From a bacterium (GTDB taxonomy: Bacteria > SAR324 > NAC60-12): 33,684 nucleotides of DNA. The DNA lies in contig CBDDTI010000493.1 of NCBI GenBank assembly GCA_965233585.1, positions 1 to 33,684 of the forward strand, given 5' to 3'. The notes beneath the pieces are model-generated. The model did no database searches, was not told the origin of the DNA, and worked only from the letters and a program-made list of their open reading frames with translations. Below are positions 23,213-33,684 of this stretch, piece after piece. Every line of letters begins with the position of its first letter. Position 1 is the first letter of the stretch. The translations under genes were made by a program, and so were the position numbers.

Positions 23213-24148
23213 ATGGCAAAATTGGAAAAAGAAAAGGTATTGGAAAAAAAAAATTACGACGTGGACGAGGGCTTCGGTTCGATGAGGGACTTATACGAAA
23301 AGGCGAGGAAAGTCGATGTGGGCATAACTTTGGATATGGTATCTACATGGATGAGGGTGCAACCGAACAAGCAAACACGAAACTACAAGAACTACAATTC
23401 CTACACTGCCCCGTTTCCCAAGTATGAATTCCAAATTGACTTGATGGATGTTACCAGTTTGCTGCGAGACGTAGGTTCTGAAATCAAGTCAACTAAGATA
23501 TGGTTTAGTTTGCATAGATATATTCAGTAAAAAATGTCACATAGTCCCTATCGAGAATAAAGATGGTGATGACGTTTATAAAGCAGTCATGGAGTGTTTC
23601 AAGGTATTAGGTCAGCCTTTGTCGATTTACAGCGACGACGAAGGAGCGTTGAACAGCAAGAAACTGCAAACATTTTTAAGGAGGAAGGTATCACACACGT
23701 AATAACAAAGACGCATGCAAATCAGGCAGAAAGGATGATACGCACGGTCAAAAAAATGATTGGGGACAGATTGAGGCATTACAAAACCAAAACATGGGTG
23801 GAAGTGCTAAAGCCCTCGTTGAATAGATACAACAACCAAGTCCACAGTAGCACCAAGACAACACCAAATAATGCGCACAATCTTGATAACGTAATTTCGG
23901 TCAGAACAAATCTGATACTGAAAGAAAAGCACAGCAGAAAATATCCAAACAGAAGTGAAGGAGATTATGTTAAGATATTTGATAAAGGAAAGGGCAACTA
24001 TGTATCAAGGAAAGAAACTAGAAGTCAGTGGAGTGAAAGGAAATACAAAGTGATATTAGTTGGTCGTGATATGATGAATAACAGATACTATAAACTAGAT
24101 GGAATGAGTAAAAGGTATAATAGGCATGAACTGCTTTTGGTTGATTAG
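23213..24148 (+). pseudogene. RVE integrase, right copy; frameshifted
   Basis: Same motifs as the left copy. Lesions: -2 near 23487 and -1 near 23676. The two copies give a 939-bp (312-aa) consensus. Confidence 0.92.
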
Positions 24149-24731
24149 TAGTTGTTGTTCTTTCTTCTGTTTTTGCCTTTCTCTTCTTTTTGCATGTATC
24201 TTATCTCTCTCTCTTTGGTATCTTTTTCTTTGTGTTAGCCTCAATGCTTCTCTGTTTCCTTCTCTATGCTTTGAGTTCTTCTCGCAATACTCCTCCTCAT
24301 TTTTGTAGTGTTTCGTCTTTTTTCTTGTATTTTATGTTTATTGTTCTCATGATGCCGTTTGTCTTTTTCTTTGTATTTTTCAATATTCTCTATTCTGATA
24401 TTTTTTACTGTTGAAGGTGATGCTCTCCTGTGGCGCCGCAATCTTCCATTCAAGTCCGACCAGCAATACATCTGTTAAGACCGTTCTTATCATTTTCAAT
24501 ATATCCACCTTCTTTCTTTTCGAGTTGCTTTCTGTTTTGGCATGGGTATTCTGCAATAAGAACTAGTTTGCAGTTTTCAAGACCGAACTCATCAAACGAT
24601 TTCATTGAGTTAGGATGGTGTTTGTGGGGGTTTGTATTGTTTATAAACAATATTTATAAGCTCTTCTATGTCTTGCCATTCTTTGACATAATTTTTCAGT
24701 TGTTGAATTTATATCCATATATCTTAAATCA
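24149..24731 (-). pseudogene. GIY-YIG endonuclease remnant, right copy
   Basis: The 66-aa ORF at 24450-24650 is identical to 13883-14083. Confidence 0.7.
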
Positions 24732-27700
24732 TCTTTTCCTTATGTAGATATTCTATGGCATAGTGTCCAAACGGGAGGCTTTCAAAATCTGAATACCAGT
24801 AGCGTTTATTGTCGTAGTTGCTTAAAGCATATTTAGTCTGATTAATGCTATAAATTTGATGGTTCTTACTTCTGATAGTGTTAAAACTGACTTCTTCTTT
24901 ACAGTTTCTATTCAATGTCTCTTCATAAGTTTTATAACTCAACTGATTACTCACTTTATGCTTTACTACTCCTTTACTCTTCTTATGTTCTTTATCATCA
25001 CCATATACTTTATAGCAATATGCCTTTGGTTTCAATCCTATAAAGTGAGTAATTATTTTACCGTTCATTTCATCCTTGAACTTGCCTAATACCTTCTTAT
25101 TTGTTGTGTCATAGTTTGGATGTTCTACATTATAATCACTAAAATCCATATATTCATTAATCTCTTTGAAGTCTTCATATAAGTCATCAGTCTCAACTTT
25201 GATTACATAACTATCAGTATCAGTATAGACCAATTTAATAGTATCTTGATATTTTGGTTTCAAAACATCATAATAGAAGGAATACATGTGAATTTTAGAA
25301 TAGTCTAAAATAGACATACCCATATAGATAGGTTTGCTTAGTTCCACTGTGTCTTTATCTTTTTCAACAATTACAAGGTCTTCATTTATGATATGTCTGT
25401 GCTTGAATAGCGGTTTATTTACCAGTTTTTGGAAGCGTTCAGGCGTATTGACAATTTCAAAATCACCATGCTTTCTTACATTCTCCATGGTCTTGCCGTA
25501 TACGCTATTATTCATTAACTTAAACAAATCTTTTTCAAAGTCATTGTTGGCATTCTTTCTCTTTTCAGTCTTGAATTCAATGAATGGTTTTAAGAAGTTT
25601 GCTTGTTTGAAACTTATTGCTCTATGGACTTTTTTAAGACGTAATCCGTGTTGCAGATAGAATTTCAATGCTGATATGTGCAAAACATACTTCTTTTTAT
25701 CCATCACATTTAATACTAACTTATTTGTCTTTTCATCACTGGCATCTTTTCCATAATAGTATTTGTGTATATCCTTTTGGACTTGTGAAAGCATATTCTC
25801 ATTGATACACGTTCTTTTGAATAATCTAAATCAACTTCTAATATGTATCCTATGTCATCATCATCATCACAATATTTCAATACTCTCTTTTCATCCATTC
25901 TACCGTAATACCATTCATTCATGTATTTATTGTTTGCTTCTACTTTCTTGAAGGAGCACTGTGTCATTCCTCCTCTTAATCCATGTTCAATCATCTCATA
26001 CATTTCTTTTATGTGTATTTGTTGCAGTCTAACTCCTGTCAATGATAAAAAGGCATTCCAAGAATAGTTAGGTAAAGTGATACAATATGCTGGGTCTAAT
26101 CCATAATAGTTCAAGCACATGTCCCTAAAATTTTCAAAAACGTCAGTCAGTAAATATACATCAGTCATCAAATACAAATCATTATGTTCACCAAGGTTTT
26201 TAATGTTAAAATGTTTCCATACAATATTTGCTCTGGTGTAGTCTTTGTCAGCTATGTTTTCTTCATATAATTTGCTGTAAAAATATTCTTTCTTTGGTAG
26301 TTTTGTTTCATCGAATTTCTCCCATGAGTTCATGTAGTCATAGGGATATACACCCTTATCAGTCAGCAAATTCAAATCAGTTTTAGATTTGATATATGGG
26401 TTGGTGCATGTATATCTGAAACGAGTTTCCCAATCTTTAATCTTTTCATTTCCTTCATATTTGTTTAGTCTAACTAACTTATCCAATGACGCAGTTAAGA
26501 AAGCAAAACTATCTTTAAACTGACAAGCGCCAAATGAAAAGGTTATAAACTTTTCGCTGTTTTGTGCTATTGCATCTATTCTTTTGTTTTGGTTTAGTTC
26601 TATGTTTAGTTCATTTGCTTTTGCTATGATTAAGTGCGCGTCATAGTTTTTAAGATTGTGAAAGAAGATAGGGATTTTAAAATATCTATATAAATGAATA
26701 ATCCAGATTACATTTTACATGCGCTGCGCCTCTGTATTTGCCTGTGAAGTGGCAGTGGTCGCGAACCTTTTCATCGTCAGGTTGGAATTTCTTATTACAT
26801 ATCGAGCAGCGGGTTGCTTGTTTAAATTCTGTCTTTTGTTGAAAAGTTAGTTTATCCATTGGTTCATTGACATTCATTTTTGCAAATATATCTTGCTCAA
26901 TTTCCGTCAGTTTCTCTACAAAGTGTTTCATACAATCCTCACCCCTGTATAAATACGGTTTGCAAGTATTATCAATCCTGCTTACAACATTCAACATATA
27001 ACCGCAAGGTTTATGTTCCTGATATGTGCCTTTTATACCATTTTTAGAGTTAGTCGTTAGACATTCAAAATCACCATAGATTACAAAAGGACGAGGCAAT
27101 TTAGTATTATGCTTTTCAAATTCTATATAGGTGTCTTTATCTGGCATCTTTGTTTGTTGTCCTTCTGATGCCATACATCCGTTTTCAAGATGTTTCTTAT
27201 ATACCTTTTCTGATTGAAAGGGATTTAAACAATGGTGGCAGTAAAACTTTTTATTTGTGTTGCTACTGCTTTGACCGTTTAATAATCTACATTTATTTTT
27301 AACTAATACGTAGTGATAATTATTATCTTCATCATAGATTTTTAGTAAATCAATTTCGTATTTAGCATTTCTATTTTTAGTGCCTCTATGCAATATAATC
27401 TTATTATCATTTAAGCTGTCATCGGGTTCAAACACATTTATTGAAACTGATTTATTGTTCTCTTCAAATCTGTCAATGTCCCTATTGCCAGTTGGAAAAT
27501 GTACACCATCTCAGTTCAAAATATCATCTTTCAGTTTATTATAGTGGAACATTTCCTCTGGGTGGCGTTTGCTTATTTTGTCATAGACTACGGATTGAAT
27601 ACAATATTTGAAGCATGTTTGGTCTCTGTTCTTTATGTTGATACATGCCTTTTTTAGCTTAATCCATTCAGGTAATTCTATGTATCTCCCTGCTCTTGTT

Positions 27701-28371
27701 GGGTCATATTTGTCATAGTGAATGGTTATTGTCAAAATCTTCTTAAATCTTAAATTGGATGCTGATGCTTCTAAATTCTGTTGTAATAAGATTTGTTTAA
27801 CACTGTCTTCTAATGCTTGCGTCAGTTCATCCTCAGTACTAATATTGAAGCGGGTTGATGGTAGGGCATATACAAGTTCCTGACTTCCTAATTCATTTCC
27901 TCCATCATCAAATTCAGGTTTTTCAAATAATCCTTCCGTTCTTATGTTAAGTTTCATGCTTCTATTATTTCTTTAAAAATATGATAGTCTTTGTTTTTGG
28001 TGCGCAATCATTTCTAATCCCCTTTCTCCTTGAAAGTGTTTATTTTCTAAAACTATTGAATTAGCGTATCTTCTAAATGCTGATTGAATATCTCTGACCC
28101 TAAATTTATTTCTGATTGCGTGTTTGGTTAGTATTTGTCTCACTCTTCCTTCACTGAACGCATCTTTTGCCTTGTTTAAAGCATAATTTCTGTGTTCATT
28201 AGTTTTCTTGACCGTCAGTAGTTTCTTTGTTAAGACACTAGATGTTGGTTTGTCTTTGTTGTATCTGAATTTCTTATCATCTATTATTATTGATTTTAAT
28301 TCTCTTCTTCCTCGTTTTGGTATTTCTGCTAAATCATTACTCAATAAATAGTTTATAACCTTTTTCATCAT
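24724..28371 (-). pseudogene. Polinton-type pPolB, right copy. Retains the vOTU-like region, C2H2 finger, exonuclease and endonuclease-VII-like insert but lacks motif A
   Basis: Motifs NIKNRDQTCFKYCI...HYVLVKN, CHHC..KKHLENGC, FVIYGDFEC (ExoI), CSIC..VRDHCHFTGKYRGAAHVKCN, FFHNLKNYDAHLI (ExoII). Stops at 27973 and 27511, a 4-bp insertion at ~26690, and 102-bp and 43-bp deletions. Confidence 0.94.
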
Positions 28372-28497
28372 ATAATAGTATATAATTTATTTAGTTAATT
28401 TATCTTTAAGTGGTGTTTCAAAGAATTCTACATTTTAATCTTGGAATATATACTGAAAGACTAAGTTATTTATATAAGTTTTTATAAGACGAATTGT

Positions 28498-29062
28498 ATG
28501 AAGGGTTTGCCTGTTGATGCGTTGCGTAAGATCGTTCCTTATAAAATTGGAGACCCTAAATATTTGACAATAAAACATAGTGAAGCATTGAAGAGAATAC
28601 GGAACAAACATAAAATATCAAGATTTGGTCCTAAATAACAAGACATTTGAAACCAAGAAAAAAATATATGTAATTGAATACTGTATTGTGAGAGAGGGAG
28701 TGCCATTTGGTTTAAAAAGTATAGGAAACATCATAACAGAAGAAAAAGAAGAATTACTATCTTTGATTTATGAAGAAGTAGAAGAAGATAATTTAAATTT
28801 TAGAGTTAAACTTGATATTGAAGTCCAAATAGTAGCAAAACTCCCAGATAAAGAATATGGAGACAATGAATTTAGTTATAGAGAAATTTACTTCATGCAT
28901 GACTTTGATGAATATGTAGATGAAGATAATATAGAAGATGTATTGAATAAAGCAGATGAAGAAATAAATACCGACATAGAAGAAAACCAAGATAAAGATA
29001 GTATAATAGGAATACAAGCATTTCATTTTGAATTGATAATTATTGAAGATATTTACTACTAA
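28498..29062 (+). pseudogene. Right copy of the 187-aa hypothetical protein; 1-bp deletion near 28635
   Basis: Starts MKGLPVDALRKIVPY at 28498; the C-terminal part matches 10344-10907. Confidence 0.7.
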
Positions 29063-29260
29063 CATATTTCTAATAAGATTTATTTATTAGAATTATGGAT
29101 TTGTAAGATAGGGTTATTAAAGGGTAGGGAATAATGTTTATTGGTGTCTATTGTTTTGTTTTTTTTTAATGTTGTTCTTCGCTTGGTTTGTTTTTGTTTT
29201 TTTGGTTGTTATAGGAATTCTTGGAAAAGACATTTAAGAAGATAATCATATTTATATGTA

Positions 29261-29575
29261 ATGGATAAATTTTGTAGATACTGTGTTAAAGATTTACCAA
29301 TTGATAATTTTGAAGATGGATTGAAGACTTGTAAGACATGCTTGGAATACAAGAGAAAGAACTATGACAAACATAAAGATAAAGTGAATGAAACACGAAG
29401 AACTAAATATAAAGAAGATGAAGAATATAGAAAAAAGAAACAGGAACAAATACAAAACTATCGTGATAAAGTTGCCTTTTGCAATGTATGGAATTCATCA
29501 ATGAAGGCACAATGTTATTCAAGACATTTAAAAACAGAGAAGCATAAAAGGAATTTAGGAACGGTTGATGGATAG
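29261..29575 (+). CDS. Right copy of the 104-aa zinc-finger protein (C>W in the C-terminal finger)
   Basis: Differs from the left copy at CNVW (vs CNVC) and AQC (vs AHC). Confidence 0.72.
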   Translation: MDKFCRYCVKDLPIDNFEDGLKTCKTCLEYKRKNYDKHKDKVNETRRTKYKEDEEYRKKKQEQIQNYRDKVAFCNVWNSSMKAQCYSRHLKTEKHKRNLGTVDG

Positions 29576-29586
29576 GATTTTGTAAA

Positions 29587-29772
29587 ATGAATAAGGTAAT
29601 AATGCTTTTGACTGCTATGAATTTGAAAGCATGAATGAGGTAAGTATGCTTTGACTGCTATGATTTTGAAAAATTGACTGAGGTAAGTATGCTTTGACTG
29701 CTATGATTTTGAAAAATTGAATGAGGTAAGTATGCTTTGACTGCTATGATTTTTAAAAATTGAATGAGGTAA
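29587..29772. repeat. Subterminal 43-bp tandem repeat, right arm
   Basis: Reverse complement of 9642-9830. Confidence 0.9.
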
Positions 29773-29930
29773 TTATGTTTTGATATTGTTGAGAAAAATG
29801 AAGCAATTAACAATATATAAACTGGCTTTTTGGACTGTTATGTTTTTTTATTGAATAAATTTTGATTTGTTATACTGCTATGATATTAGTTTAGAAAACT
29901 TCACTGAATCAACGTGTTTTACATTTTTTT

Positions 29931-30365
29931 CACCCACCCCCACCATCCCGGCCCTACCAGCCAGCCAGCCCACCCACACCACCATCCCGGCCCTACCAGC
30001 CAGCCCACCCACCCCACCATCCCGGCCCTACCAGCCAGCCAGCCCAGCCAGCCCAGCCAGCCCAGCCAGCCCAGCCAGCCCAGCCAGCCCAGCCAGCCCA
30101 GCCAGCCCAGCCAGCCCAGCCAGCCCACCCAGCCCACCCACCCCACCCACCCCACCCACCCCACCATCCCGGCCGTACCAGCCAGCCAGCCCACCCACCC
30201 CCACCATCCCGGCCCTACCAGCCAGCTCACCTAACTTCTCTTCCACCTCCAGCCCTACAATGCCCAGCCCACTCAAGCTCAGATAAGAGGAGAAGGAGAA
30301 GGAGAAGGAGGAGGAGAACAACTGTGATAAAATCTAACAACCCTCACCTGGCAGGTGGGGAATAA
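29931..30365. repeat. Right part of the split C-rich minisatellite, with (CCAGCCAGC)n and (GGAGAA)n, ending in the palindrome CACCTG-G-CAGGTG
   Basis: Same unit and orientation as 9330-9483. Confidence 0.85.
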
Positions 30366-30662
30366 TGAAACAAATGAATATCCATTTGGTGAATACAAAT
30401 TCAATGATAATATTGATGAAAAAAATGAAAGTACATTTGGTGACTACAAATACAATGATCATATTGATGAAAAAAGAATGATAAAGGAAATGAAAAAATG
30501 ATAAAATAATTGAAGTAATATTAAAATCATCTGTCCCTGCTAGAGGCTGAAAGATTTTTATAAATTTAATCTATCTTAATATGATTTAATTAGTATAGGC
30601 AATATAAATAAGTCATGATGAGTCTGGCATGTGGCGTGATATGCTTCCAAATGCTGCTGTGC

Positions 30663-33600
30663 CTCGTGTTCCGCTGCCGTAAGAATCGCTGCTATCAGCT
30701 CTTCATCCCAGTCAGCGGCAAGAAATGCTGTGAGCAGGTCCTTGTTGCAGAATTCTACTCGAATTGATTCAACACGTAACTGAATGATCAGAATGATCAG
30801 AATGTAACAGCGGGGGGTCTAAAAATGACGAACAACAAAAAACGGTCTCATGATGTACGTCTTATGCAAGCTTCAAATCATTTCACATCAGCTCCTCATG
30901 TAAGTCTCGATATAAATCCTGCTCAGCTCCTCATCATGTCTTGAGCTCTACAATCTCTACAACTCCGACTCCGTATGTCCTTGGCGCTGTTGTCGCCAGC
31001 TGCTTCCAGAGGCTTCTGGAGAAACACACCACGAATTGCCGGCCTCAGATTGCCGGAACATGCCGGAACCATTGCAATCGTCCATGGCGTTTGAGTGATG
31101 ACCTTTGAAACTCGGCTGGGTATGGCATGTGGCATGGGTTGTAAAGTTTGGTGCAAAACTGAGAAAATCCTACACTGGAAACTAGCCTTCGAAACAAGAA
31201 ACAATAAAAAAGAATTAAAACACCGTCCACATAAGTTAACTTGATATAACTTACTGTAATAAGTTCCAATATATAAGTTTATATAAGTATATAGTCTCGA
31301 AATGTCTCGAAACGACCGAAGAAACAGAACGAGCACTGGGCGATCCACTTCAGCATGCGCACGAGCTCCTGTCGTCTGGCCTCTGGTGCCTTGGGACTTC
31401 GAAGCTTCGAACATCTTTAGACATTTCAAATATATTCAAATATACTTATCAAATCAATTTTCAAATCTATTCAAAATTATTCATAACATCAAAATCATCA
31501 AATATCATCGAATATCCCGAAGGTGTACTCACTTGACACTCTCGACACTCCTTTTGACACCGCTTTGAGACACGTTTGACACGCCATTCCCAGAGCTTTC
31601 GCACCTTGAGCGAGGTAGGGGACGGCAAGGCCACACACTTACGCCTCGGACTTGGCCATCGCCATCCAAACAGAATTCTCCAAGCAGCAAACATATTCTC
31701 CAATACTTTGACTGCTTTGACTGCTTAATGACTGTTTAATGACTGTTTAATGACTGTTTTGACTTGCTTCAAGGTTGGCCGCCCAACTCATAGGGCGAAA
31801 ACAGGCGCTGATCATCTGGCCTGATTTTGAACTGCTCATGCTGCTGATATTCCAGCAAAGACAATTTTCTCGCGAAAGTTAACCAAACATAACCAAACAA
31901 TTCTTACAAGAATTGGGGATGCGGATGTTTCATCTTGGGTCACCCACTGCAGCAGCCATGCCAACACCTGAAGCTGTTGTGCAATGGCCAGAATGGCATC
32001 AATAGCTATACTCTCTTTGCTCTCCATGCACTGTAGGTTCTAGTTGGGAAAAGGTTTTGCAAGATCAGTGGACTGAGGGCTGCAGCTTTGTGACCGTATT
32101 TGTCAAAGCACAAATCCTCGATGTCCTGCATACTTTACATCAGGACCCAATGCACTAGCCAAAATTGTACAAAGAAGCCGAGAATTGAGTGCATTGTGAG
32201 TCTGTAAAAGTCTACAATGCATAATTCAACATTCTTCAACTCTCCAGCTCACGGCATAATTACGCCTGAAGCCATTCCGCAACCATGCTCTTGGAGAGCA
32301 TCACCGTGTCATCTACAGTTGTGGCCAATCGAATCATGACCTTGGAAAACAATGCACGTTGAAGAATACGGTCATGACATGTCATGACAGGACCGTCATG
32401 ACCGATTCCAATTCCGTCACGCTCCGTCTGTGCTACGGCACGCTCAGGATATCTCTTTTGCCAAGAACCAGACCACGTAATCCACCGCGTTTTTGGCTAG
32501 AGCAGCAAACTTATCCTTGAGATCTCTGCAAAGCGCCTCCCGTAATTGAAAAAATGTGACATGGCTGAACCCCGTGTCCAGCAAGCTAAAACATCATGCT
32601 CTGCCTTTCGCTGCTTTGCATTGGCTATCCCCAAAAGTCTCAAAAGAGCCTCTCCAGCAGAAATATGAGATCTTGACAAAGCCTGACAAATACACAAGAG
32701 AACACGAAACAACAGCCGCTTGATGTTCCTTGTAAGGAGTACTTCAAATTAAGCAAAGCTTGGGCGAACCTCAGCTCCAGCCTTCGATGACAAGAGATAA
32801 GCTGCACCATCCTGCAAACCCCAGTGCTTGTGCAAGGTCATTCTTGGTGGTCAGCTATGTGGTTTATGTCGGCAGTTTCTTGTCTGAGTTTAGCACCATG
32901 CACTGTTCTGCAAGCTGTGTAAGTTGCGAATCTGTAGCTACTTCACAGAATGCCTGGCGATTGGTATTGAGTCGCATCGATTGGCAATGTGGCAATGTTC
33001 AAATTCAATCAAATTCATGGAAGCAAAGATTGACCCCATGAGCTGACTCACGCATCAACCCAACGCTTAAGCCCACCTGAAGGAGTAGGTGAACGATGTC
33101 TAGACCCAGCAATTCCTGTTTCATCGGGCATCGTTCGAACGCAGTGATACATTAGGCGTGTATGCACAAAGATTGCCCATCAGGCCATTGACGGACCGTA
33201 TGGCCGTATGGACCGTTGATCTCCTTCTCAATGGCTTTTTCAACAGCTTCTTCAAGGTGCTGTGCGATGCTCTTTTTCTGTTGCTCCGTCAGATCCTCAC
33301 GCAGTGTCAGAGTCACGCAGCTTCAAAAACCATGGTGACAACCAGACCAAATCTAAAGCCAAATCAAACGTATGCTGACAGAACCAAGGACATCAAAAAG
33401 ACATCAAAAATATAGGAAATGAAAGAAGTTGAAGCTTCTACACCCGCGCGCACCCCACTGCTATCATGGCCTCTGCCTGAAGCACTTTGCGCAAGGGCTG
33501 GCTGCTGGGCAGCTCTGGTCGCCGCAGTGCAACTGCCTTGCACAAAGATTCCCAAGAAAATTCGACGCGGCGAGGTGTCTGATACTGACTGATACTGACT
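30663..33600 (-). CDS. Multi-exon host gene, product unknown; possibly the 5' part of the gene continuing at 8408
   Basis: Exon-like segments with AG|G and AG|GC borders: 32340-32266 VMIRLATTVDDTVMLSKSMVAEWLQ; 30740-30663 DLLTAFLAADWDEELIAAILTAAEHE; ~33300-33190 DLTEQQKKSIAQHLEEAVEKAIEKEI. Confidence 0.5.
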
Positions 33601-33684
33601 GACACTGACTGATAGTCTTCACTCTGGCCAAATACCCCAGTGCCCCTGTCAGAACTGGTCCTCTGGTATGGCGATGCTGTGTAG

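Larger units (their letters stand above)
9484..29930. mobile_element. Palindromic Polinton/Maverick-like element (20.4 kb) with ~7-8 kb inverted arms and a candidate 5-bp TSD CACCC
   Basis: Left end AAAAAATGTAAAAAAAGTTGATTCAGTGAAGTTTTCTAAACTAATATCA is the near-exact reverse complement of the right end ...TGATATTAGTTTAGAAAACTTCACTGAATCAACGTGTTTTACATTTTTTT. All ORFs are mirrored. CACCC lies at 9479-9483 and 29931-29935. Confidence 0.85.
22169..29930 (-). repeat. Right inverted arm
   Basis: Begins CTGTGTGTGCTTATCCTAAATTG, the reverse complement of the left-arm end. Confidence 0.92.

Noticed and set aside
9484..29930. Fold-back read or assembly artefact
   Set aside because: The arms differ by arm-specific large deletions, different repeat expansions and silent-biased substitutions, and the flanks are direct rather than inverted. 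Read-level confirmation is still needed.

Overview
Eukaryotic genomic DNA, most likely from a dinoflagellate (Symbiodiniaceae-like). The evidence is short minus-strand exons with AG|GC or GA donors and AG|G acceptors, plus 9-10 bp intronic tandem repeats. The left end carries a spliced GT61-type glycosyltransferase gene. Exon-like segments of one or more unidentified minus-strand host genes lie at ~2.7-8.4 kb and ~30.6-33.6 kb. The dominant feature is a 20.4-kb palindromic element (9484-29930) with two inverted, AT-rich, intronless arms (9484-16627 and 22169-29930). Each arm carries a Polinton/Maverick-type module: protein-primed DNA polymerase B, RVE integrase, a GIY-YIG remnant, two zinc-finger ORFs and one unknown ORF. 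No capsid, Ulp1-type maturation protease or A32 packaging ATPase is recognisable. The arms enclose a 5.5-kb, more GC-rich spacer with a P-loop ATPase pseudogene. The whole unit is flanked by a 5-bp direct repeat (CACCC) that splits a C-rich minisatellite, and it appears to be nested inside older repeats within one ~22-kb host intron. The two arms have complementary inactivating lesions and patches of synonymous-rich divergence. All alignments were done by eye; no database searches were run.
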